Below are positions 38,483 through 47,114 of a DNA stretch of 64,000 nucleotides, piece after piece. The position numbers were made by a program, and so were the translations under genes. Under the pieces are notes generated by a model, which saw nothing but the letters and a program-made list of their open reading frames with translations, was not told the DNA's origin and ran no database searches. The DNA is from an uncultured virus (IMG/VR IMGVR_UViG_3300030333_003802) (Duplodnaviria; Heunggongvirae; Uroviricota; Caudoviricetes). The DNA is taken from IMG/VR virus record IMGVR_UViG_3300030333_003802, positions 1 through 64,000 of that record. One strand, 5' to 3'. Each line of letters opens with the position of its first letter. The stretch's first letter is position 1.

Positions 38483-39489
38483 TAGCCGCCTCCCGATTCT
38501 GATTCGGTTTGATATTGGTTGTATATAGCTTGAGCTAATTCGTGTAAGTAGTCTGATGTTAAATTGCTATGAGCTAAAGAAACAAAGTTATTAAAAGCTG
38601 CTTCTGCATTAGGCAAATCACTAAACATTCCTCTATATTCAGAAAGCTGGTCTGCGGTCATAGGATTTCCTTTAGGCATATCCTTCCAAGTAGTAGCTCC
38701 TCCAGATTGCGTCATAGTAGGGTCTGACATTTCTATATTTAAAGCAATGTTTTGTTGTCTTGCAATAAAGTCAGCTAAAGTTCCTTCCAACATACCTAAT
38801 TGTTTTGCTGTTTGTTCTTGAGCTGCTCCATATTTAGCTTCAGTCTGTCTTCCTAAATCGCTAAATTTACTTTGACCAAGCTCTCTTGTCATACCTCTTC
38901 TTGCTCCAGCTCTACCTCCAACAAGTCCACTAACACTTTCTTCTCCCATCATTTCAAGTAAAGTGTCTTGTAAACTTCCCTGCAACTGCCCTCTTCCATA
39001 TTCATATTGTTGACCAATATCTTTAAATTTTTGTTCTTGAAGTGCACTTAATGAAGCTAAAGCATCATCATATGCTCCTTTGTCAAATGTTCCAAAATAT
39101 TTACCATAGTCAGTATCTTTTCCAAATCCAAATCTTGCGCCAGGGTCTGTTAAAAAACCTTCTCCATACCCATATCCGCTTAAAAGGTCAGATAAAGTAT
39201 TACCGCTTCCTGCTCCAAATTGAGTTTGGTATTGACCTCCATAAACAGTTTGTCCAGGTATAATGTTTGAACCGCCGACATTATTATCTCCGCCGCCAGT
39301 GTCACCGCCCATACCGTCTCCTTGGTTTCCGCCTCCAGTGTTTCCTCCACCACCGCCTGGCTTAATAATGCCTGGGTCGTTAAAATTAAAGCTTTGATTT
39401 GTAAAACCTCCTGGTTTGCCAAAGCGTTGAGGATTGTTTTGCATAAAACTTCCTTGCATTTGTTTTAATATTTGGTCGTACATAGACAT
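38482..39489 (-). CDS. Gly/Gln-rich putative ejection protein
   Basis: Composition and position. Confidence 0.55.
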   Translation of the reverse strand: MSMYDQILKQMQGSFMQNNPQRFGKPGGFTNQSFNFNDPGIIKPGGGGGNTGGGNQGDGMGGDTGGGDNNVGGSNIIPGQTVYGGQYQTQFGAGSGNTLSDLLSGYGYGEGFLTDPGARFGFGKDTDYGKYFGTFDKGAYDDALASLSALQEQKFKDIGQQYEYGRGQLQGSLQDTLLEMMGEESVSGLVGGRAGARRGMTRELGQSKFSDLGRQTEAKYGAAQEQTAKQLGMLEGTLADFIARQQNIALNIEMSDPTMTQSGGATTWKDMPKGNPMTADQLSEYRGMFSDLPNAEAAFNNFVSLAHSNLTSDYLHELAQAIYNQYQTESESGGG

Positions 39490-39490
39490 T

Positions 39491-40213
39491 TTAAATTTCT
39501 CCTAATAGTGCTTGTCTTAATTGTTCGTTCATTAATTCTTTCTTATATCCCGTTAATTGGTTTTTTCTCATCCTATCACCAAATTTACCTTTAAACGTTC
39601 TTTTTCTAAATTTATTAGACATTCCACCTTCATACTCAACATCAACTACATTTCCAGCAGCATCAAGTTTCCCTCCTGTAGGTTTTCCTACAGCCCAATC
39701 ACGAAAACTTTCTTTAATGTTAGGTATTTCTTGTCCAAGTTGATAAATTGTTGTTGCATCTCCCAATGCATTTGTCCAATTTAATAAACTTTGTCCAGCT
39801 GCTGCGTCTGATATGAAAGCATTTGTTGAATCAATAGATGAAGCTAAATCTTTTCTTGCTTCTGAATGAAATTTACCTCCAGGTAATGTATTCATTATTG
39901 TTCCAGAGTAAGGCTTAACACTTTCTCTACCAAGACCAGAAGCAACTCCTCCTACTATCATACCTGCAATAGGATTAGCAAAAGAAATTGCTGTTCCTAA
40001 AAGTGTTCCGAGAAGACCTCTTTTGCTTCTTTTTCTTTGATTTCTAGCCATTTGTCTTTCAGCTTCTTCAACTTGTTCTTGATAAGTTCTTTGAGCGGCT
40101 TTAATGTTTTGGCTTTCTTGTGTTACGTCAATACCTAATAAAGATTTTAGTTCAGCACCTTCTACTTGCTGCTCGTTTTTCAGTCTGTTAACCATTGTAT
40201 AAAAACTTGACAT
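39491..40213 (-). CDS. Putative ejection/pilot protein with Gly-rich hydrophobic hairpin
   Basis: GLLGTLLGTAISFANPIAGMIVGGVASGLG. Confidence 0.55.
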   Translation of the reverse strand: MSSFYTMVNRLKNEQQVEGAELKSLLGIDVTQESQNIKAAQRTYQEQVEEAERQMARNQRKRSKRGLLGTLLGTAISFANPIAGMIVGGVASGLGRESVKPYSGTIMNTLPGGKFHSEARKDLASSIDSTNAFISDAAAGQSLLNWTNALGDATTIYQLGQEIPNIKESFRDWAVGKPTGGKLDAAGNVVDVEYEGGMSNKFRKRTFKGKFGDRMRKNQLTGYKKELMNEQLRQALLGEI

Positions 40214-40701
40214 TATAATTTACCTTCCGTTAAGTGCAAGAAATGCTCTACAGTTCCTGCTCCTTGTTCTGTGTTGTAGTGTTCTTTCCAATATTTAGCA
40301 AGTCCCATATTCCCATCTTCGATAGGCTCTGGTACGCGCCAGTACTTAATTCTGCAATGCAAAATACCAGCAGCAACATTAGTACGAAGAATCCAGTCCC
40401 AATCATCAATGTTAGCGTCAATAAAATAATAAGGGTCGATATTAAGAATATCTGCAGACTTTTGAAGAAGTTCAGGGCGTAACGATATAAAGTTAATACA
40501 GTTGTCCACAGCAGTCTCTGGTTCCACTTGCCAGAAACTTTTTGCTGGACCTTCTCCAATCTGTTCAATGTATTCGTACTTGCTTTCCACAAGTCCAGTT
40601 GCATACACAATATCCAATGCTTTAGGTTGCGCATATTTTTCTCCCATCTGAACGCAAACATCTTTAATTAATCCTTTAATTTGATTGTTATTTACGCCCA
40701 T
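40213..40701 (-). CDS. Lysozyme/transglycosylase-like protein; start revised to 40701
   Basis: TGLVES, GPAKSFWQVEP, YWKEHYNT; GAGGAG RBS. Confidence 0.6.
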   Translation of the reverse strand: MGVNNNQIKGLIKDVCVQMGEKYAQPKALDIVYATGLVESKYEYIEQIGEGPAKSFWQVEPETAVDNCINFISLRPELLQKSADILNIDPYYFIDANIDDWDWILRTNVAAGILHCRIKYWRVPEPIEDGNMGLAKYWKEHYNTEQGAGTVEHFLHLTEGKL

Positions 40702-40764
40702 TGTTTCTCCTCTTAATATTAGGGTAAAAATTAGCAAGAATGTCTTGATGTACTTCACCATTAT

Positions 40765-40794
40765 AAAATACAAAATTACCTCTATTCTTGTCAA
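40765..40794 (-). promoter_or_regulatory. Promoter upstream of the ejection gene block
   Basis: TTGACA-N18-TATTTT. Confidence 0.5.
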
Positions 40795-40818
40795 TATCTT
40801 TCTTTAAAACTTTATTCA

Positions 40819-41214
40819 TTACGGTATCAACATCTTTCCTGCATTAGCTCCTGATGTTATTAGTTGAGTTTCTCCAGATTCAAGAGCAGAATCAGCTTCC
40901 TCTGCTATTGCAAAATAAGTTTTTTTACCTTTAGATAATCTAACACCTTCTTTAATAATTTTAATTGCATCTTTCTGAGGTTTTTTTACATCAGAGTTTT
41001 TAGCAAATGTTTTTAATTCTTTATCTTCAGCTCTTCCTTTTGATTGAACAAATTCTAGTTCAAACATTTTTCCAAATTCTTTTCTTATAATTTTAAGTCT
41101 TCCATTATGGTATTGTATCATTTCTTCACCATTTTTTAAATCAGATTTAGCCACTGCGCCTTTTTTAACCTGTTTATTTGTACCCGCTATTCTTCTTCCT
41201 CTTACTAATGACAT
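40819..41214 (-). CDS. Basic hypothetical protein
   Basis: Coupled to upstream gene. Confidence 0.6.
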   Translation of the reverse strand: MSLVRGRRIAGTNKQVKKGAVAKSDLKNGEEMIQYHNGRLKIIRKEFGKMFELEFVQSKGRAEDKELKTFAKNSDVKKPQKDAIKIIKEGVRLSKGKKTYFAIAEEADSALESGETQLITSGANAGKMLIP

Positions 41215-43352
41215 TATCTTTGCCCCATTGCTCTTAAGTTGATTGATATATCTTGTATTTCAAAATCTGACTGTACTGAATTGCTTCCATCGTCTGTAAT
41301 TCTTAATGTAATAGACTTTTTATCTGTTGGGCTTGTTACTTTAAACTCTTGAGTTGTTAAAGCGCTACTACTACTAAAGTCGTTGCTATCAAAAATATCG
41401 TTAGTTCCAGGAGAAGCTCCATTATAATCTGCAAATAATTGCATATTATCTCCACCTATATGAGTTATATATACCTTATAAAACCTTTTGTCTGTAGAAG
41501 GCATTCCAAAATCAATTTCTCCAGTATCAATTACTAAATTAGTTTGAGCTGCTGAAGCTGGGTTATAATATTTTGTATTTCCATCTTCTTCCATATAACA
41601 AAGTTTGTCATCAAATATAACAAAATTACTTACTTTGTCATTATGTAGTACACTTTCGTGGTCAACTTGAACAATAGAACCTGTTTGTAAGTCATAAATA
41701 TATCCAGCTGGAGTTTCATCGCTTGAATCATTAACTACAACTACTTGATTTTTCACTGGTATAAATCCTACTATAACATTAGAACTAATAGCACTGTTCC
41801 AATCTGTGTCTTTTATAGTCGTAGATAGCTTTCTTACTTCTTCATCAAATGCGAATAATCCATCTTTATTTGCCCAGATTATTCCTATATCAGATTTTGT
41901 TACAGCTCCAGGATGTTCAACTCCTCTATTTAAAAACTCTCCTTCTACATACCAACCAGCATCAGAACCTGAAGCAATATTAATAATAAATAATTTATTC
42001 TTTTTAAATACAAATAGTTTATCGTTAAATTCTATTAGTTTAACAATCTCATCTCCATCATTTGTTCCAATATCTAAATAATAACTTTGAGGAAATATAT
42101 CATATTTTCTAACAGGAGTATATTGTATTCTGTCTCCCATTTGTCTAGTTTCTCCAACAGAGTCTTTATATAAAACATTTCCTACAAAAGCTCTTTGATT
42201 TGCTACCACCGCTGTTTTATATCCATAAGCGCTGTTTCCATTAAAAGTAATTTCTTTTTCATCTGTATTATACCCGTTTATTGTAGCGTATGTATCAAGA
42301 CCTGGTTGTTTTATTGCATAAGCTCTATTGTCAGCATTTACATTTTTAGAATCGCTTGTTACAAAATAAGTATCACTACTTACACTAACCAAAGGGTCAA
42401 ATTCATCCGCTAAAGATATTCTTGAACCTTGTTCAAAATCTATGTCTAATAATAAAGTCCATTCATCATCTGGGTTGTTATTATCTCTTAAGTAAATTCT
42501 CATTCCTTGTATTTCATCTGACTTAATATCACCTTCTCCTATAGAAACACTAATATTTGGAAATTGACCATCTCCTATAGTTATAGTTCCATCTGCTGAT
42601 ATATTTGTTAATCCAGTAGATACTAACGATTCTTGGTTTCCATAATAAACATAACTTACTCCAAATGCATAAGTACTTGCAGGCCACAACCCATCTGTTC
42701 CGCTAGGCAATGTTTGTACTAAAAAGTCAGAACTAGGATTTTCTCCGTCTTCTGCTCCACTAGCTGCAGCCACACAATCTTTAGCATCGCTGTCTTCAAA
42801 ATCTGCATTTAATGGTCCAGGAAATCCACCGTCAATTAAATCCATTTGCTCTGAAAGAGCATTATAAGGAGTAGCTGCTTCTGTTCTTTTTAATCTTTGT
42901 AAAGCAATTTGCTCATTATTGGTATTCCCAAAATGTGCATCTGCAATACGCAAACCACCATCTGCATAATAATATACTGGCTTACAGTTATCAGTATCAC
43001 TTCCTAAGTCTGCTCCATTCCAAGTATTAAAACCTACATCTTTGTTTCCAATATTGACTTCGCCATTGCCGTCAGTATGGACTAAATATTCTCCAGCTGC
43101 ACCACTTGCTTCTGGTGGAGCATCTATATTAATTCTAAATAATCCATATCCAGGTTCAAAATTAGCTATCCCACTTAAATTAGTTTGCGCATCTAAATCA
43201 TTATTAAAACTACCTAAAGTAGTAATTCTACCAACAGCACTAACATCTACATTTGTAGCAGCAGATAAAAAACCTTCACTTAAATCCTTAGGAGAGCTTT
43301 TACTATCTAAGCCTTTTTCAAAACTATTTAATGTAACTGTTCTTTTAGGCAC
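41214..43352 (-). CDS. Tail nozzle/stabilisation protein (P22 gp10 / T7 gp12-like)
   Basis: N-terminal FEKGLDS..NVD..G; propeller-like IVKLIEFNDKLFVFK; C-terminal DTGEIDFG..KRF. Confidence 0.7.
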   Translation of the reverse strand: MPKRTVTLNSFEKGLDSKSSPKDLSEGFLSAATNVDVSAVGRITTLGSFNNDLDAQTNLSGIANFEPGYGLFRINIDAPPEASGAAGEYLVHTDGNGEVNIGNKDVGFNTWNGADLGSDTDNCKPVYYYADGGLRIADAHFGNTNNEQIALQRLKRTEAATPYNALSEQMDLIDGGFPGPLNADFEDSDAKDCVAAASGAEDGENPSSDFLVQTLPSGTDGLWPASTYAFGVSYVYYGNQESLVSTGLTNISADGTITIGDGQFPNISVSIGEGDIKSDEIQGMRIYLRDNNNPDDEWTLLLDIDFEQGSRISLADEFDPLVSVSSDTYFVTSDSKNVNADNRAYAIKQPGLDTYATINGYNTDEKEITFNGNSAYGYKTAVVANQRAFVGNVLYKDSVGETRQMGDRIQYTPVRKYDIFPQSYYLDIGTNDGDEIVKLIEFNDKLFVFKKNKLFIINIASGSDAGWYVEGEFLNRGVEHPGAVTKSDIGIIWANKDGLFAFDEEVRKLSTTIKDTDWNSAISSNVIVGFIPVKNQVVVVNDSSDETPAGYIYDLQTGSIVQVDHESVLHNDKVSNFVIFDDKLCYMEEDGNTKYYNPASAAQTNLVIDTGEIDFGMPSTDKRFYKVYITHIGGDNMQLFADYNGASPGTNDIFDSNDFSSSSALTTQEFKVTSPTDKKSITLRITDDGSNSVQSDFEIQDISINLRAMGQR

Positions 43353-43716
43353 TTCTTTTTACCTTTTCAAAACTGCGCATTCCTCCAAGACCGAGCATCC
43401 CAAGTAATACTGTTGTTAAAGTTCCCATATCAAATGTAGGTAAAACTACTTCATTGCCAAAGCTGTATAAAACAAATGTAAGTAAAGGTTGTAATATATA
43501 ATGATAAGCTAACGCAGTGGCACAAATCCAGCCCGTAAAGGGCCTCCAGCCCGCTACAAACATAGACGTGTGTCCTGCTTCAACTTTATTTACTTCCATT
43601 TGTGCTTTGTTAATTTCTGCAATTAACTCAGCTTTCTCTTGTTTATCTAAAGTAAACTTGTCTACGTGACCAGCTACTTTATCGATAATATTAGTTACTA
43701 CGTTTAGCTTTGGCAT
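43345..43716 (-). CDS. Holin, 3TM (GTA-holin-like) family
   Basis: FVAGWRPFTGW...LLGMLGLGGMRSFEK. Confidence 0.8.
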   Translation of the reverse strand: MPKLNVVTNIIDKVAGHVDKFTLDKQEKAELIAEINKAQMEVNKVEAGHTSMFVAGWRPFTGWICATALAYHYILQPLLTFVLYSFGNEVVLPTFDMGTLTTVLLGMLGLGGMRSFEKVKRSA

Positions 43717-43829
43717 TATCTTAAACCTTTCCATTGACTACACTCGCAATTACGAAGACAAGCTCCATAAGAACATATAAGGTAGTGCAATGAAAGTCCA
43801 GCTAATATTCCTAATCCAAAATATAACAT
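43716..43829 (-). CDS. 37-aa hydrophobic Cys-rich peptide (not in ORF track)
   Basis: MLYFGLGILAGLSLHYLICSYGACLRNCECSQWKGLR; AAGGAG RBS; stop overlaps holin ATG. Confidence 0.55.
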   Translation of the reverse strand: MLYFGLGILAGLSLHYLICSYGACLRNCECSQWKGLR

Positions 43830-43839
43830 ATTCATCTCC

Positions 43840-44931
43840 TTAATAAATTAACCAATTAAATCCAACTTTAGACTCATAACTTTGTACATCGTACATATTC
43901 AGATATCTTCCTTCTAAGAAAACACCAAATTTGTCAGTAAGTTTCCATCCATATACTAAACCTAAGTCATAATCCATTCCATTTTCAGCTACGTCATAAT
44001 TAAATGAATAATCAGACATACCTTTTGTTACTGGATATGCAGTAGCCCAAAAGTGAAACCAGTTTTTAGGCATATATCTGTAATAATCTGCACCAACTGA
44101 TAAACTTAATTCGTTTTGATACCCTAAATCTCTAGCGTATTCTTCGTTATATTCTCTAACAATTTCTCCATATACTTGAGTATAAAACTCTTCATCAGTA
44201 GTTGCTACAAGATTTCCTTCAGCATCCCACCATAGATAATCAAAAAATTCATATCCGTATTGAGTAAATTGTTGTTCAAAAGAATCTGTATATCCATAGA
44301 AATAAGCAAATTCCCAAAATGGAATATATTCACTAGTATCTATACCTTGTTCATCCCACCATAAATCAATAGGTAAAAAGTCTAAATAAGCTGGATGCAT
44401 TCTTCCAGCAACACCCATAGATAAAGCAAGATTACCAAAATCTTTTTTAAATCGCATATCTAAAGCTGCGAACTCTACATCTTCTAATCCTCTAAAATCG
44501 TAATTAGCTTTTGCGATAAATTTACTTCCCATATATCTAAGCATAAATTGTTGGTTTGTAAATTCTTCTTCAAACTCTTTATGGTCTGAATATTCAATTA
44601 CATATTCCCAACCAGTAGGAACATTACCAATAGCAACGCTTTCATTAATAGGTGCTTCTTTACCAGTATACCACACTTCAGGTTTATTTTCATACCCAAA
44701 TCGTGCTAATTTTCTAATACCAAAAGTCATAACTGAATTGTCATCTAACTCTTGTTGTAGTTCCTGTAATTGCCCACCTGTTACTTGGTATTGCAATTCT
44801 TTAGATATTGGGCTACTAAGGCTATATGCGCCGTATATAGTGCTAAATTTAAAGAAGTCTTGTGCTGATAAAGTACCTACTAGCAATAGACAGCCTAATA
44901 TTTGTTTATACCATTTACTTAAATAATACAT
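43840..44931 (-). CDS. Secreted protein, probable outer-membrane beta-barrel
   Basis: Signal peptide (..TLSA|QD), alternating aromatic strands, C-terminal YESKVGFNWLIY. Confidence 0.6.
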   Translation of the reverse strand: MYYLSKWYKQILGCLLLVGTLSAQDFFKFSTIYGAYSLSSPISKELQYQVTGGQLQELQQELDDNSVMTFGIRKLARFGYENKPEVWYTGKEAPINESVAIGNVPTGWEYVIEYSDHKEFEEEFTNQQFMLRYMGSKFIAKANYDFRGLEDVEFAALDMRFKKDFGNLALSMGVAGRMHPAYLDFLPIDLWWDEQGIDTSEYIPFWEFAYFYGYTDSFEQQFTQYGYEFFDYLWWDAEGNLVATTDEEFYTQVYGEIVREYNEEYARDLGYQNELSLSVGADYYRYMPKNWFHFWATAYPVTKGMSDYSFNYDVAENGMDYDLGLVYGWKLTDKFGVFLEGRYLNMYDVQSYESKVGFNWLIY

Positions 44932-45341
44932 TATTCAAATCTCCTTAACATCATTTCATCAATTTCATCTTTAATTTGTTCAATTATAGATTTTTCATCT
45001 AAGTTAAAAGATAACCCAGCTTCAAACCTCTTTATTTCTTTACCGTATTCAAACATAATAATAGTAGGAACTGATTGAATTTTCCATTCAGCCGCTATAA
45101 TTGCTCCATATTCTTTGTTATCAATACTAGCATTAAACCAATTACAATTTTTGATTTTGCCGTATTTATCCAAATTAATAGAAGCTCTTGCGTTCCAGTC
45201 TGCATTTACTTGAACAATTACACATTCATTTTGACTAAGTAATTGTATTTGTTGTAAATCTTTTAGTTTACCTTGTGAGTGTAATGGCGTAAGCCACAAC
45301 AGCAAACCAAGTAACGATAAAATACCATAATATAAGTTCAT
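44931..45341 (-). CDS. Exported thioredoxin-fold protein lacking CxxC
   Basis: Signal peptide; VQVNADWN at the WCxxC position; IQSVPTIIMF..GKE. Confidence 0.7.
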   Translation of the reverse strand: MNLYYGILSLLGLLLWLTPLHSQGKLKDLQQIQLLSQNECVIVQVNADWNARASINLDKYGKIKNCNWFNASIDNKEYGAIIAAEWKIQSVPTIIMFEYGKEIKRFEAGLSFNLDEKSIIEQIKDEIDEMMLRRFE

Positions 45342-45353
45342 CTCTGTACCTCA

Positions 45354-45644
45354 TTAGTTTTGTTGCATCATCATACGTTCGATATTTTTGACATCATCAC
45401 GCATTTCTTTTTGCTCTTCCTTCATTTCAGTTACATCTTTTTGCGTTTCTATGATGGTGTTTCGTATCATTTGGTCTTTTAAATCATATTCTGTACGACC
45501 CACTTCTGGAACTGGTAGTTCTTTTGCTTCTTCAATATCCGCTTGAAGAGTAAACCACATACCAATAACCATACCAACAGAAACTAGAATACTAATTGCT
45601 GTTTCAATTGTAAGACTAAACTTAGTGTCTTTTCCTACTTCCAT
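45354..45644 (-). CDS. TM plus coiled-coil protein
   Basis: Single TM then heptad repeats. Confidence 0.6.
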   Translation of the reverse strand: MEVGKDTKFSLTIETAISILVSVGMVIGMWFTLQADIEEAKELPVPEVGRTEYDLKDQMIRNTIIETQKDVTEMKEEQKEMRDDVKNIERMMMQQN

Positions 45645-45670
45645 GTTATCTCCGTAATCTAAAGGTTAAA

Positions 45671-45695
45671 GTGGGGGAGAATTAACTCCCCCCTC
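45671..45695 (-). terminator. Hairpin, possible terminator
   Basis: GGGGGAG..CTCCCCC. Confidence 0.5.
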
Positions 45696-45699
45696 TTTT

Positions 45700-45873
45700 C
45701 TATTTTTCAGCTTCAGCTGGTGGCAACACTTTAAAGCCTTGTTGTAAAAGACTATTTATGTAGTTGTGTGTTCCACGCAATTCAGCAATTTGAGATTCAA
45801 TTACCTTCAATTGTTCTTCTAAATTGATAGGTTCTTGAACTACTTCTTTTGCTATTTCTTTTTCTTTAGCCAT
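45700..45873 (-). CDS. 57-aa coiled-coil protein (not in ORF track)
   Basis: AAGGAG RBS; MAKEKEIAKEVVQEPINLEEQLKVIESQIAEL... Confidence 0.6.
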   Translation of the reverse strand: MAKEKEIAKEVVQEPINLEEQLKVIESQIAELRGTHNYINSLLQQGFKVLPPAEAEK

Positions 45874-45911
45874 TGTTTCTCCTTATTTACTATTAATAGT
45901 GCTTTAATTTA

Positions 45912-46562
45912 TTAATTTAAATCATTATTATCCACAATTAATTTAGGTGCATAATAAGTATTACCTTCGCCTTTTAAGTACCAATCTACTCTAGCTTTTT
46001 CAGGTATTGTTAAATTAACTGATTCAAAATCTATCCTACTCTTTCTTTCAAATTGTTGTATTTCGTGTACTTTTTTAATGTATTTTTGTACTCCGTCATA
46101 CTGACTTTCTTCTTGTAAAAAATTATTATACCAAGTAAGTATAGTCCCTTCTTTACAATGTTGCATTATTCTGGTAGGAAAATATCTTTTATTTATCATA
46201 TCACCAAAACCATCATAAAATACACCATCGTATTTTTTATCAGTAGGTATATCGTCATACCAATCGCCTTTAACTGGTATTACATTAGGTTTATCTTTAG
46301 CCCATTCTACTAATGCGTCATATATGCCGTCATTTATTTCAATAATCGTATGTGATTCAATATCTTTTTCTTGTATTAAACCAGCACTAATTCCCATACC
46401 AAAACCAAATTCTAATATATGTCCACCATTAGCACATACAATATCAGCGTGTTTTTGCATAATAGGAGTTTCCCAAGTAGACATTACATCCCACCCAGTA
46501 GCTTCATCTATAATGCAATCTTCTTTAATTGTATAGTTTGCTGCATATGCGTATCCCTTCAT
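45912..46562 (-). CDS. SAM-dependent methyltransferase, GAMT/Rmt2-like
   Basis: VMSTWETPIM, GGHILEFGFGMGI, HTIIE, GDW, YDGVFYD. Confidence 0.8.
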   Translation of the reverse strand: MKGYAYAANYTIKEDCIIDEATGWDVMSTWETPIMQKHADIVCANGGHILEFGFGMGISAGLIQEKDIESHTIIEINDGIYDALVEWAKDKPNVIPVKGDWYDDIPTDKKYDGVFYDGFGDMINKRYFPTRIMQHCKEGTILTWYNNFLQEESQYDGVQKYIKKVHEIQQFERKSRIDFESVNLTIPEKARVDWYLKGEGNTYYAPKLIVDNNDLN

Positions 46563-46870
46563 CGACCAGGACCTCCACCAGCAACGTGTTCTCCACCTAT
46601 AAGTTCAGACATTTTATACGGAGCTTGTTCTATAGCCAATGTTTGAGCTGCTGTAATGTTTTGTTGAGTAGATTGAAAATCACTATTAGTGCCTCCAATT
46701 TTATCAAACTCATCTCCAGGTCCACCATCGTTAGCAAAGGTCATACCTTCGCCACCAGTAGATAATCCTTTTAAACTAATATTTGCCGTTTCTTGAACAA
46801 CAGTAGCTTCACCTACCGCTGAACCATTACTAAACAATCCTACATTAGTACTTCCTACTGTAACGCCCAT
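46559..46870 (-). CDS. Small Gly-rich tail-associated protein
   Basis: Position after tail fibre. Confidence 0.5.
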   Translation of the reverse strand: MGVTVGSTNVGLFSNGSAVGEATVVQETANISLKGLSTGGEGMTFANDGGPGDEFDKIGGTNSDFQSTQQNITAAQTLAIEQAPYKMSELIGGEHVAGGGPGR

Positions 46871-46874
46871 TTAA

Positions 46875-47114
46875 TTAACCTTTAATTTTTTTATATTCAG
46901 CAATGTCTGCTTTAAGTTCAGTAACTTGTGCTTCTGCTCTTGCTAATTGTTCTTCTGCGTCTGCTATTGCTACATCAACACCTTTAACTTCGCTATAGTC
47001 AATAATAGTTACATCTTTGCCAGATGCATCTTTTACTACTTTAGTGTGTTTAATTTCAACATTTTTAGACGAAGGTGCTTCTGCTACCGCTTTTTCTGCT
47101 ATTATTTTAGCCAT
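46875..47114 (-). CDS. Small protein with C-terminal coiled coil
   Basis: Position after tail fibre. Confidence 0.5.
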   Translation of the reverse strand: MAKIIAEKAVAEAPSSKNVEIKHTKVVKDASGKDVTIIDYSEVKGVDVAIADAEEQLARAEAQVTELKADIAEYKKIKG

